The notes under the pieces were generated by a model, which did no database searches, had not been told where the DNA came from, and was given only the letters and a program-made list of their open reading frames with translations. Both the position numbers and the translations under genes were made by a program. 64,000 nt of DNA from contig OX597818.1 of the NCBI GenBank assembly GCA_951406725.2, forward strand, positions 56,916,001 through 56,980,000. Reading direction: 5' to 3'. Each line of letters opens with the position of its first letter. Within the stretch, counting starts at the first letter, position 1. Positions 14,715 to 26,926 of the stretch are shown piece after piece. This DNA comes from Octopus vulgaris (Eukaryota).

Positions 14715-15123
14715 TCTTTTACTTGTTTCAGTCATTTGACTGTGGCCATGCTGGAGCACCGCCTTTAGTCGAGCAAATCGGCCCTAGGGCTTATTCTTTG
14801 TAAGCCTAGTACTTATTCTATCGGTCTCTCTTGCCGAACTGCTAAGTTACGGGGACGTAAACACACCAGCATCGGTTGTCAAGCGATGTTGAGGAGACAA
14901 ACACAGACACACAAACACACATGCATAAATATATATATATACATATATATACATATATGCAACGGGCTTCTTTCAGTTTCCGTCTGCTAAATCCACTCAC
15001 AAGGCTTTGGTCAGTCTGAGGCTATAGTAGAAGACACTTGCCCAAGGTGCCATGCAGTGGGATTGAACCCGGAACCATGTGGTTCGTAAGCAAGCTACTT
15101 ACCACACAGCCTCTCCTGCACCT
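14715..15123 (-). mobile_element. SINE family A, full length
   Basis: Reverse complement of 5344-5731. Confidence 0.9.
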
Positions 15124-15735
15124 ATTTTCTTTATATATTTTTACATATCACAGTATCACAGTATAGACCAAACCATCAGATACTGCTATACACTGCTGGT
15201 CACAATGCGCTTCCAATTTTGTCATGATTGTGCCATTTTTTACCATCTTGGCTCATATTGCTTTCCAAGTGGCCTTTTACGCAACGTGTCAAGCCTAATG
15301 GTACTTGTGCTTAAGGAACTCTGTAATCACATCGTTCACTTTGTGCCATTCCCGAATTATTTCATTTCAATATTAAATGATTCGTAATGAGATCATTTTA
15401 CATATCATCATCATCATCGACATTTAAGATCTGTTTTCCATGTTGGCATGGGTTGGATGTTTTAGCAGGGGCTGGCAAGGCAAGGGGTTGCACCAGGTTT
15501 CATAATCTGTTTTGGCTGGGTTTCTATGGCTGGAGGCCCTTCCTAATACCCAAACACTTTACAGAGTATACTGGGTGCTTTTTACATGGTATCACCAATG
15601 TTTTTTACATGTCACCAGCATCAGTTCTTTTAGTGTGGCACTGTCCTTAAATCATTTCCTGTTTCTTGAAGCTTCTAAATTCCTGTGATGTAATTAACAA
15701 AAGTATATATTCAAAACAACAATTAATTAGTCTTT

Positions 15736-15919
15736 ATTCTGTTGTGTCTGGGGAGAGGCATTTTCATTTTCTGCCTCATAATGTAACACATGCACCGGTA
15801 AAATTTCCACTTTTTTCTTATTTTTATTTTCCTAAAATTTTCGTTGCGTCTTGCAACCTTTTCAATAGTTTTGACTACAAAACTATTGAAAAGGTTGCAA
15901 GATGCAACGAAAATTTTAG

Positions 15920-15953
<34 letters not shown>

Positions 15954-16300
15954 GTTTAACATCCGCTTTCCATGCTAGCATGGGTTGGACGATTTGACTG
16001 AGGTCTGGTGAACCAGATGGCTGCACCAGACTCCAATCTGGTCTGGCAGAGTTTCTACGGCTGGATGCCCTTCCTAACGCCAACCACTCTGAGAGTGTAG
16101 TGGGTGCCTTTACATGCCACTGGCACGAAGGCCAGTCGGGTGGTACTGGCAACGGCAAAAATAAGAAATAAGTGGAAATTTTACCGGTGAGTGTGTTAAA
16201 TAATAAGGCACAAAAAGAAAATGACTCTCCCCAGACGCAACAGAATATGCTTCAACACACGAACTCATATAAAGAATCTTGCAAACCAAATCCAAAAACG
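15736..16300. mobile_element. Fold-back element (family H3) interrupted by a family-C element at 15923-16156
   Basis: Arms are reverse complements about a 6-nt centre near 15875; right arm resumes at 16157. Confidence 0.75.
15832..15919. ncRNA. Two inverted hammerhead-like motifs with U3-A8 core, family H3 (15832-15868 minus; 15883-15919 plus)
   Basis: CTA-TTGAAAA-G-GTTGC-aagat-GCAAC-GAAA-A-TTT-TAG; palindromic stem III AAATTT. Confidence 0.55.
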
Positions 16301-16338
16301 AATTAATTTGTCTTTAATTATCTTTTAATTTGTTGCAG

Positions 16339-16719
16339 AGGTAACGTGCCGCCATGAGCCACTCGGGTTGGGTGAGCATTCCTTCAACACATCGTGTTCC
16401 CCTCAACTCTCATCATTAAGCTGCAACTCTACTCCGACCAGAGTCCCACCTCCGCCTTCTCCCCCACTCCACAACATGGTTCCAACAACAGAATCGGCAC
16501 CGGCCAGTACGACAGTCACGGGAGCTGAAACAGCAGCGACAACAAGCCTGGCAGCACCAGTAAATCCTTCTGAATCCTCATCTTCGTCATCCGTAGAACA
16601 GACTGTCCCGAGTATTCCTACCTCGGACTACTTGGAAGAGGAGAAACCTCTCTTACCAGGGATTAGTGTCCGTGCGGCTACTTTGGAGAAACTGATTCAA
16701 ATCTGTGTTGAGAGTTTCT
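16339..16719 (+). CDS. RASGRP: RasGRP exon: Ser/Pro/Thr-rich N-terminus and start of REM (RasGEF_N) domain
   Basis: TTGCAG acceptor, open frame ending RAATLEKLIQICVESF (cf. RasGRP1 GASLDDLIDSCIQSF), donor T|GTAAGT, phase 1. Alternative in-frame ATG at 16476. Confidence 0.88.
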
Positions 16720-16784
16720 GTAAGTATACCAAACATATCATCTTCATCATCATCATCACCACCACCACCGCCACCACCACCACC

Positions 16785-16818
<34 letters not shown>

Positions 16819-16875
16819 TCATCATTGTTATCATCAATGTTGTTGCCATGCAACTTAAGGTTTTTGTAGGTTTCT

Positions 16876-17434
16876 TCATCATCATTGTTTGACCGTGATC
16901 GAGACGATGGAATTTACCATGCTACGCCAGACTTCACGGTCCATCATAGCATTACGGAGGTCCCGTTGCTGGATGCCTGTATCCCTGGAGATTGCATCAG
17001 GGTAGGAGAGTGTGCGCCCTCTGGTATCGCGAGCAGATGGCTTCCAGAGGAGAAGAGTAGAAATTACCTCGTTTTCAGCTCTACAACAATGTCCAGCAAA
17101 CTGGACTCTTCTACCTTTCACAAGAGATGATACAGGTGGTAATTTCCCATATATTTGTACTTTGGTTGGATGACGCTTCCACAAGAGATTTTGAGCTCTC
17201 ATAAGGAGGCGAGTGTAAGTTCCATCCAACCGCCTCTCAAGCTTCTTTGATAACGTCAAGGTTTCTGAGCCATATAGTAGAATTGGTTTGACTGTGGCTT
17301 TGAAGATTTTAAGTTTGAAATCTCTACTTAGATTTGATGACCAGATCTTATGCATATCATTACAGGCTGACCAGGCCATACCCTTTCTAGTTAGAAAATC
17401 TTTTACAGATGATGATATGTATGACCCGAGATAG
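16876..17434 (-). mobile_element. 5'-truncated RTE-clade LINE, 3' end of ORF with (ATG)n tail
   Basis: YLGSYIS...KLKIFKATVKPILLYGSET...RRVQFAGH...DREVWRSMV; uninterrupted frame of at least 165 aa. Confidence 0.9.
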
Positions 17435-17974
17435 GCTTCTTACTGAAACTTTAAGTCACACGGGGCTGAACCAAACTGTTCTAGATAATGATGTGTAGTA
17501 GCTCCTACTAAATGTATTGAGTGCCTCTTTCTTTTGCTCATTCACTGAGTAATTATCTCCCTGAACTAATTAATGCAATAAATTTGTGTCCAATAAAAAA
17601 ATTACTTAATAAACATTTATTTACTATAAAAGTTATCAAATGCAAAAAGCATGTTACTTCTGCCACACCCTATATATATATATATATCATCATCACCATC
17701 ATCATTATTGTTTAACGTCCGTTTTCCATGCTGGCATGGGTTGGATGGTTTGACTGGAGTCTGGGAAACCAGGAGGCTGCACCAGGCCCCAATGTTATCT
17801 GGCAGTGTTTCTACAGCTTGATGCCCTTCCTAACGCCAACCACCCCTAAAGTGTAGTGGGTCCTTTTTATGTGCCACCGGCACAGGGGCCAGAGGAACTG
17901 GAATCGACCACGATCGGCTGGTGCTTTTTACATGCCACCGGCATGGAAGCCAGTCAAAGCGGCACTGGCATCAG

Positions 17975-18049
<75 letters not shown>

Positions 18050-18721
18050 AACAAATTAGATATAGCAGCTTGGATTTGATATATAGAATATATATACATG
18101 TGTATATGCAACCAAAAAAAAAGCAAAAACTGAAGATCTAAAGAATTTTTGACGATGAATATTTAAGTATAAATATATAGATATTTATATGAATAGATCA
18201 AACTTACAGAGAGTACAAACGACAGAGAAAGTTAAAGGGGAAGAGGTAAAGTGTTATAAATCCAACAGCTGTTTCTAGAGGTTCAGAAATCCATCATAAT
18301 GTTGGCAGATGTAGTTCACCACAATATGTGGGCTGCAATGGAAGCAAATAAACATTGGATAAATCAAGCCTCTGTCATCAGGGTAGAAGAAGATCTTATT
18401 TTTTAGATCATGATGCAGAGAAGTTTAGACATTCCACCTTTACTCTGTGGAATTGGTCCCTCGTAAAGACATCGGACTCTAAGTTTGAATCATTTGAGTG
18501 CTTCTGTTTTGCTATACTGAGAATCCCTGGATCTCGTCTGTTGGCAATATGTATGTATATACATGTGTGTGTGTGTGTGTGTGTATCTGTGTGTGTATGT
18601 GTATATATGATTACATACATGTGTGTGTGTGTGTGTGTATATACATGTATATATATGTATATGTGTATACATATATATATGTGTATATGTGTGTGTATAC
18701 ATACATATATATATATATATA

Positions 18722-19097
18722 GACGCAGGAGTGGCTGTGTGGTAAGTAGCTTGCTTACCAACCACATGGTTCTGGGTTCAGTCCCACTGCGTGGCATCTT
18801 GGGCAAGTGTCTTCTGCTATAGCCCCGGGACGACCAATGCCTTGTGAGTGGATTTGGTAGACGGAAACTGAAAGAAGCCTGTCGTATATATGAATATATA
18901 TATATATGTGTGTGTGTGTTTGTGTGTCTGTGTTTGTCCCCCTAGCATTGCTTGACAACCGATGTTGGTGTGTTTATGTCCCCGTCACTTAGCGGTTCGG
19001 CAAAAGAGACCGATAGAATAAGTACTGGACTTACAAGGAATAAGTCCTGACGTCGATTTGCTCGACTAAAGGCGGTGCTCCAGCATGGCCATAGTCA
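18722..19097 (+). mobile_element. SINE family A, full length
   Basis: High identity to 5344-5731. Confidence 0.9.
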
Positions 19098-19832
19098 AAT
19101 GACTGAAACAAGTAAAAGTGTATATATATATATATATATATATGAAAAAAGCAAAGAGCAAGCGGTTTAACAAATTTATATATTATTACAAATGTAGAAC
19201 ACACGAAATGAATGTACTCTTATAACTACATGTATGTGTGTGTGTATGTGTGTCCATATGTGTGTGTCCCCATGTGCGTGTGTCTCCATGTGTGAGTGTG
19301 TATGTCTGTGTCCGTGTCTATGTGTATTGTGTGGATGCCTGTAAATCAAGTGTGTGTATGTATGAGTGTGTGTGTGTGAGTATGTGTACGTGTGCGCATG
19401 TCTGTGTGTGTTTTGCATGCGTTTATATATGCTTTTCCATACAGTTCCACATAGTTTCATGTGGCTGAAATTTGTCGCTTTCACACTCAGGTCTACCAAT
19501 ATGGTCAGTATATTAAAAAGAACTTCATCTTACACATAATAGTCTTGCAACAGATAGACATCTTTTGAAGAATGAGCCGACTGTCTCAAGAAGTATATTG
19601 TGGCATTGTTAAATATGTTTTTAACCATATTATAATATCGTTTGAACATTAGTTGTCTGTATATAGTTCTCTGGTGAGTTATTGTTAATGAGATTGTAAT
19701 TTTCTGGACTATTAACCTTATTTGTGCAGTGAATATTTACATCATCAAATTACACTATATTTTAATTGGCTTGATCTCTGATTGTAATTGAAGATCAAAC
19801 CAACTGAAATATTAAATAAATATAAAACACAA

Positions 19833-19873
<41 letters not shown>

Positions 19874-20239
19874 AACGCAAGCATGTGTGCAAATACACAT
19901 ACATACACACACACACACACCAACGCAAGCATGTGTGCAAATACACATACATACACACAGATTCCCGCACACATGCACGCAACATATGCAAACACACACA
20001 CACACACTCACACCAACGCAAACACGTGTGCAAATACACATACATATACACACACATTCACGCACACATGCACACAACATATGCACACAACATATACATG
20101 CGGTTAATAGCCTGAAAAAAATTATTATCTCGTTAAATCATTAACTGTGCCTTCACATAGTGAAATGTTTGATAAACATAATTAACAGCAATCCATTAAA
20201 TATTGATCTGAGAAAGGTTAATTTTCTCGTCTGTTTATT

Positions 20240-20750
20240 CATCATCATCATCATCATCCTTTAACGTCCGTTTTCCATGCTAGCATGGGTTGGACGGTTC
20301 AACTGGGGTCTGGGGAGCCCGAAGGCTGCACCAGGCCAGTCAGATCTGGCAGTGTTTCTACAGCTGGATGCCCTTCCTAACGCCAACCACTCCGAGAGTG
20401 TAGTGGGTGATTTTATGTGCCACCGACACAGGTGCCAGACGAGGCTGGCGAACGGCCACGCTCGGATGGTGTTTTTATGTGCCACCGACACAGGTGCCAG
20501 ACGAGGCTGGCAGACGGCCACGCTCGGATGGTGTTTTTATGTGCCACCGACACAGGTGCCAGATGAGGCTGGCGGACGGCCACGATCGGATGGTGTTTGT
20601 TACGTCCCCAAAGCACGGAGGCCAGTCTATGCGGTACTGGCTACGGCCACGTTCGGATGATTTTCTTGTGTGCCACCGGCACTGGTACCACAAAGATACA
20701 AATTCCATTGATGTTCATCTATTTTGATTTGTTTTGATTTGATTTGATTT
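20240..20750 (-). mobile_element. Family C non-autonomous retroelement with (ATG)n tail and internal about 60-bp tandem units
   Basis: GGTTGGCGTTAGGAAGGGCATCCAGCTGTAGAAAC core, GTTAAACGATGATG-type tail, repeated GTGCCACCGRCAC hairpin units. Other copies near 12900-13540, 17690-17975, 28795-29163, 36080-36310, 49365-49780, 57581-58015, 61375-61830. Confidence 0.8.
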
Positions 20751-20782
20751 TTTTTGTCGATGAAAATATTTATGTATCTAAG

Positions 20783-21260
20783 CCATCATCATCATCATCT
20801 TCAAAACCTCTTAACTGATGCTGCCAGTCTTTGGGGTACCATTCTAGATGCTTTTGCAGTGAGCCGTTGCCATTGTTCTCTGTCTTGCACAGAAAGGTTG
20901 CAGTGCTGTGACCTGTCCACTCCTTGATGTTGTCCGACCAGGATTTTCTCTGTCCGTCTCCCTTTTGTTCTACTGCCCTTAACTATCTCCCGTTTTGAAC
21001 ATGGCGTTATAGCAGGATATGTATCTGTACCAGGTGAGCTTTCATCTTTTTACCTGCACAAGAAGTGGTTCCTCCCTGACAAAGTGGTTCCTCCCTGACA
21101 AAGTGGTTCCTCCCTGACAAAGTGGTTCCTCCCCGACAAAGTGGTTCCTCCCTGACAAACCTCTGCGTATGGGATGTGTAGCAGCCTTCTGGAACACCTG
21201 CGCTCAACTGCTTGGGTTCTTCACTCCATGTCGGCTGTACTTCAATTCTCCATGTATCAA
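20783..21260 (-). mobile_element. Degraded RTE-like LINE 3' end, containing a 19-bp tandem repeat (21063-21158)
   Basis: Minus-strand QRKSWSDNIKEWTG motif and (ATG)n tail; AAGTGGTTCCTCCCTGACA x5. Confidence 0.6.
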
Positions 21261-21417
21261 AGTACAGCAGTACAAAAGTAAAGTAATGACTTGTAGGTGT
21301 GTGGTATTTCATTATACAATCATTATATACTCGAAAGTATTTTAAACATTTTTATAAATCAATACTGCATTCTGCTGTGTTAGCAGTGTTCTTTTACATT
21401 TATTTGTTAAAGTTCCT

Positions 21418-22420
21418 TCTACAGATATCCTATAGAAATTATAGCCAGCAATGATTTATGTTATTACATTTTGTATATGAGATGTCAGATGTAAACAAAC
21501 AATGGAGTAAAGATTGCTTGCCAACATAACATGGCAGTCCTGGTTTAGGATGAATGTTGCTGTCATTTAGCCCCAGGAGACATCATCTCCAGCTGGCTGT
21601 ACGACATGATCTGTGTCCTTATATTTTCAAACAAGGGAATCTATCACCCCTACTCAGCTCAAAACAATATCTGTGTATCACAATTTCTGGGTTATTTCTC
21701 TTCATCAGCATAGAATAATTGTTTGGCTAGAGGTGGCGCTGCCAAATCTCCGTTCAAAATATATGCTTTCAAATGACAACTAGTCAATGATTTATAAAAT
21801 AGAAAATTAATAATTTTGAATCTCACAATGAGAGATATTCAGCAACAGTACTTAGGAGTAAAGATTGTTTGCCAACATAGCATGGCAGTCCTGGTTTAGG
21901 ACTAATGTGCAGTAATTTAGCCCCAGGAAACATCGTCTCCAGCTGGCTAAATAACACGATCTGTCCTTATATTTTTGAACAAGGGAATCTAGCCGAACCT
22001 CTAGCTGAACAATTATTCTGTGCTGATGAAGGGAAATAACCTGGAAATCATGATACACAGATATTGTTTTGAGCTGAGTGGGGGTGCTAGATTCCCTTAT
22101 TCGAAAATATAAGGACACAGATCATGTCATAAAGCCAGCTGGAGACGATGTCTCCTGGGACTAAATTACAGCAACATTCGTCCTAAACCAGGACTGCCAT
22201 GCTATGTTGGCAAACAATCTTTACTCCAAAGTACTGTTGCTGAATATCTCTCATTATGAGATTTAAAAATAGTAATTTTCTAGTTTACAAACAATGATTG
22301 AAGATGAAAACTGGGTAATGGGCATCAATGCCATATTTCGGTGGGTTTTTACCTCTTCATCCTTTCTTTCTGATATTTCTGATGATGTCCCTATAATTTC
22401 TATAGAATATCTGCAGAGAT
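21418..22420. mobile_element. Penelope-like tandem-plus-inverted repeat remnant (family H2)
   Basis: 21502-21735 is partly repeated directly at 21855-21993 and inverted at 21997-22300; outer flanks are also inverted; carries hammerhead-like motifs. No RT or GIY-YIG ORF present. Confidence 0.6.
21671..22060. ncRNA. Two inverted hammerhead-like motifs, family H2 (21671-21713 minus; 22018-22060 plus)
   Basis: CTGTG-CTGATGA-AGGGaaataaCCTG-GAAA-TCATG-ATA-CACAG: 5-bp stem I, palindromic stem III (ATCATGAT); stem II is short and imperfect at its base. Confidence 0.55.
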
Positions 22421-22463
22421 AACCTTACCAAACAAAAAAAAAAAAAAAAAAGGTGTTGCTATA

Positions 22464-22870
22464 GGCACAGGAGTGGCTGCGTGGTAAGTAGCTTGCTAAT
22501 CAACCACATGGTTCCGGGTTCAGTCCCACTGCGTGGCATCTTGGGCGAGTGTCTTCTGCTATAGCCCCGGGCCAACCAATGCCTTGTGAGTGGATTTGGT
22601 AGACGGAAACTGAAAGAAGCCTGTCGTATATATGTATATATATATATGTGTGTGTGTGTGTCTGTGTTTGTCCCCCTAGCATTGCTTGACAATCGATGCT
22701 TGTGTGTTTACGTCCCCGTCACTTAGCGGTTCGGCAAAAGAGACCGATAGAATAAGTCCTGGGCTTACAAAGAATAAGTCCCGGGGTCGATTTGCTCGAC
22801 TAAAGGCGGTGCTCCAGCATGGCCGCAGTCAAATGACTGAAACAAGTAAAAGAGTAAAAGAGTAAAAGAG
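22464..22870 (+). mobile_element. SINE family A, full length, young-looking
   Basis: CpGs retained; three tail repeats. Confidence 0.9.
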
Positions 22871-23164
22871 TATTAAGCATGAAGAGCTCCTTGGAAACAG
22901 ATTCTCTTAATTGCTCAGAAAGTTCCCCAGGAGTAGTCGACAGTCTCTGTTACGTAGAAACAATCATGGCTAAGAGAACGCTAAATTGGTAGTGGTGGCC
23001 ACTAGGATGCTCTCACTGTATTCATTGTATGCGTCCCCGTTGCCCCTAAGATGCTTCCTTGTGTCTCTCACTTTCTCACTGCTATCATCCCCTGCTCCCT
23101 TGTCTTGCAGCATCTTTTTCCCTCACTGACCTTCCCCCATCATTTCTCTGCCTCCTCAACACCC

Positions 23165-23593
23165 TATCTCTCTCTCTCTTTCTCTCTCTCTCTTTATCTC
23201 TCTCTCTTTGTTTCTCTTTTTATCTCTCTCTCTTTATCTCTCTCTCTCGCTCTCTTTATCTCTCTCTATCTATCTCTCTTTATCTCTCTCTCTTTAACTC
23301 TCTCTCTTTATCTCTCTCTCTTTCTCTCTCTCTCTTTATCTCTCTCTTTATCTCTCTCTATCTCTCTCTCTTTCTCTCTCTCTCTTTCTCTCTCTCTCTT
23401 TATCTCTCTCTTTATCTCTCTCTATCTCTCTCTCTTTATCTCTCTCTTTTTATCTCTCTCTTTCTCTCTCTCTCTCTCTTTCTCTCTCTCTTCTCTCTCT
23501 CTCTCTCTTTATCTCTCTCTCTTTATCTCTCCCCCTCTCTCTCTCTCTTTTTTTTCTCTCTCTTTATCTCTCTCTCTCTTTATCTCTCTCTCT

Positions 23594-23659
<66 letters not shown>

Positions 23660-23750
23660 TTATCTCTCCCCCCTCTCTCTCTCTTTTTTCTCTCTCTCTT
23701 TATCTCTCTCTCTCTTTATCTCTCTCTCTTTATCTCTGTCTCGCTTTCTC
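23165..23750. repeat. (CT)n-rich polypyrimidine tract
   Basis: Direct reading. Confidence 0.98.
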
Positions 23751-25794
23751 TCACTGGAACCCTCCACCCCCATAACACCCCCCACCTCACTTTCTTCCTA
23801 TCAGCTCCTCATTATCCTCATTTCTGTCTTTCTCACACACACCTCTCTGTCCACCCGAGGTACCCATATTTACTTTTATAACAAGTGGCAGCCCTGGATC
23901 CCCCTTCCCTACCCTATCCCTCCCTCCCATCCATCCTACTCTTTGTTTCTCATTTTCACTCCCCCTCACACTACGTTTTCCTTTCCTCCTCTCACTGTCC
24001 CTCCTATTACTCCCCCCTCCACTACTGCTTCCTCTGTTTCTTTCTTCACTGTCATTCTTCTGCCACAATAACTCTCTTCTTTCCATCATACTTTAACTCC
24101 TCTTAACATCTTTGCCTAAAGTCATCACCCTCTCCCTTTTCCTCCTTTTTAATCATGAGGGTTCTTTAGTCATGTGAGTGACAAGGTGACCTCACTAGTG
24201 CTGGTGCCATGAGAAAATCACTCAGTGAATTCAGTAAAGTCCACCTCAAAGTCCAGTTTTTGTTGCAGTGTGGTGACTTGTGTTCCTCACTGTCCCTGAG
24301 AGCTAATCCAGTGGGGCACAAGCTCCTAGAAGGCTCCCATACTGAGCAGATCAAAGGATAGAGGCCAAACTAACATTGACTTCTCTTACCAGAAAAACAT
24401 CCTTATCTAGAAAAACACAAAGTTACAGAAATAGCAATGACAACTCAAAACCTGGCAGAAGAAGGCCTTCCCTCAGGGAAACATGAGAGGGGTACCTTTA
24501 TATTGAGGGAGTTGTCCTGCCCAGAGTGAAAAACAGTGGGAAAAAGTTGTTGTTGGTCTATGCTCCACAGGGAGCAGAGGGCTTAAATTAAACTGGCACT
24601 CCATCAGTTACGATGATGAGGGCTTCAGTTGATCTGATCAATGGAAGAGCCTGCTCGTGAAATTAGCATGCAAGTGGCTGAAAGCTCCACAGACAGTGGT
24701 TCTCAGGGAAATTCAGCATGACATAGAATGTGACAAGGCTGGCCCTTTTAGTTACATGTAAAATTCATTTTAGCCAATTGAGATAGGTAGGCAGGGGGCT
24801 TTGAAAGGGGTCTCAGGGAGTAGTGTCTCTGCCTTCCTGAGCTAGTTTTCCACCACATTTCTTAAAAACCATGGTAGAGGCCTTGGTCTCAGGACCACTC
24901 ATGTCTAGAAACTGAGGTTGGGGTAAGCAAGGGCATGATCCCTGTAGAAAATCCAGCTGTAAAAAAGCCTCATGATAGCAAAGGAGAATGGGTACCAGCT
25001 AGCTCAATGGTTGGGGTGGGCTGCACCTGCCTACCTCAGTTGCTATGGCATTGAGGTAGATCTGGCCACCCCCTGTTAATGGGGACAAAACCCAGATTTA
25101 AAACACTGGATGATGATGATGATGATGATGAGTGGACTGAAGCAATGTGAAATAAAGAGCTTTTTTCAAGGATACAGCATGCCACTGTGAATCGAACTCA
25201 CAACCTTATGATCATGAGCCGGGCCTTCACAAAGGGCTGAAATAAGTAAGTACACTCTGTATAGTGGTTGGTGAGCAGAGCAGAGATGATGCCCTAAAGC
25301 AGTTGGTGATAGGAAGGGCACCCACATGAAAAAACACTACTGTAAAACTGAAAGAGATGTGGATAACTGATGCTGTATTGAAGATAAACCTTCTAAGATG
25401 ATGCTAACCCTGAATAAGAACTGATATAGGTTTGAAGGGCCCCATTTATCTTGCAGCAGACAACCTCTTAAGAGCTAGGACAATAATAAAATAAACCAAG
25501 TTCTTGTGGTGAATTGGTTGGTGATGACAGAGTTACACAGCCATAAGCACCATTTGATTTATTGGTTTCAGCCAGAGGCTGAGGCCATGCTGGAGCATTG
25601 CCTTTCAGTATGATGGTGTGTCTTTTTCTGTATTGTTTCTGGTGAAGTAGCGAGTTGGACAGAGCTGCTCTTCTTTGGGCCTCCTGTCATGATGTAGGTT
25701 CATCTGGTGTCTCAGATGAAAATTTGTTCAGATGCTCTTTGAAGACTTCCACATCTACACCTTGTAAATCTCTGACAGAATGTTGAATTATTAT

Positions 25795-26926
25795 GGACCC
25801 TTGAAACCCAAGCTGTTGTAGTACTGAATGTTGGATATTTGTGGACCCTTGGATGTTAGATAGTTGTGGACCCTTGGATGTTGGATAGTTGTGGACCCTT
25901 GAATGTTGGATAGTTGTGGACCCTTGGATGTTGGATAGTTGTGGACCCTTGAATGTTGGATAGTTGTGGACCCTTGGATGTTGGATAGTTATGAACCTTT
26001 GAATGTTGGATAGTTGTGGACCCTTGAATGTTGGATAGTTGTCGACCCTTGGCTGTTGGATAGTTGTGGACCTTTGAATGTTGGATTGTTATGAACCTTT
26101 GAATGTTGGGTAGTTGTGGACCCTTGAATGTTGGATAGTTGTGGACCCTTGAATGTTGGATAGTTGTGGACCCTTGAATGTTGGGTAGTTATGAACCTTT
26201 GAATGTTGGGTAGTTGTGGATCCTTGAATGTTGGATAGTTGTGGACCCTTGGATGTTGAATAGTTATGAACCTTTGAATGTTGGGTAGTTGTGGACCCTT
26301 GGATGTTGGATAGTTGTGGACCCTTGAATGTTGGATAGTTATGAACCTTTGAATGTTGGGTAGTTGTGGACCCTTGAATGTTGGATAGTTGTGGACCCTT
26401 GAATGTTGGATATTTGTGGACTCTTGAATGTTGGATATTTGTGAACCCTTAAATGTTGAATAGCTGTGGACCCTTGAATGTTGGATATTTGTGGACCCTT
26501 GGATGTTGGGTAGTTGTGGACCCTTGGATGTTGGATAGTTGTGGACCCTTGAATGTTGGATAGTTGTGGACCCTTGAATGTTGGATAACAGTGGACCCTT
26601 GAATGTTGGATAGTTGTGGACCCTTGAATGTTGGATAGTTATGAACCTTTGAATGTTGGGTAGTTGTGGACTCTTGAATGTTGTGTAGTTGTGGACCCTT
26701 GAATGTTGGATAGTTGTGGACCCTTGAATGTTGAATAGTTGTGGACCCTTGAATGTTGGATATTTGTGGACCCTTGAATGTTGGATAGCAGTGGACCCTT
26801 GAATGTTGGATAGCAGTGGACCCTTGGATGTTGAATAGTTGTGGACCCTTAGATTCTAGATAGTTGTGGACCCTTGAATGTTGGATAGTTGTGGACCCTT
26901 GAAACCCAAGCTGTTGTGGTACTGAG
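25795..26926. repeat. 25-bp minisatellite (GTGGACCCTTGAATGTTGGATAGTT), roughly 43 copies
   Basis: Direct reading; bounded at both ends by GGACCCTTGAAACCCAAGCTGTTGTRGTACTGA. Confidence 0.97.

Noticed and set aside
16720-16892. Hydrophobic C-terminal extensions of ORFs 16368..16892 and 46467..46892 as transmembrane tails
   Set aside because: Read-through past GT donors into intronic microsatellites.
20405-20690. Palindromic repeat with variable intervening sequence, CRISPR-like (also 63480-63745, 41620-42235)
   Set aside because: Intervening segments are homologous to one another, the arrays lie inside a dispersed eukaryotic retroelement, and no cas genes are present.
22370-22416. Additional CTGATGA followed by a CTATA/TATAG stem
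   Set aside because: No GAAA after the stem, so the hammerhead core is incomplete.
22464-22540. tRNA gene at SINE A, B, E or H1 heads
   Set aside because: A/B boxes present but no complete cloverleaf or acceptor stem; each continues into a repeat body.
22459-22692. Recurrent ORFs such as RQASFSFRLPNPLTR / [16 protein letters not shown]
   Set aside because: Antisense translations of SINE A; recurrence reflects copy number, not a gene family.
23051-23881. 276-aa Leu/Ser ORF
   Set aside because: (CT)n tract translation.
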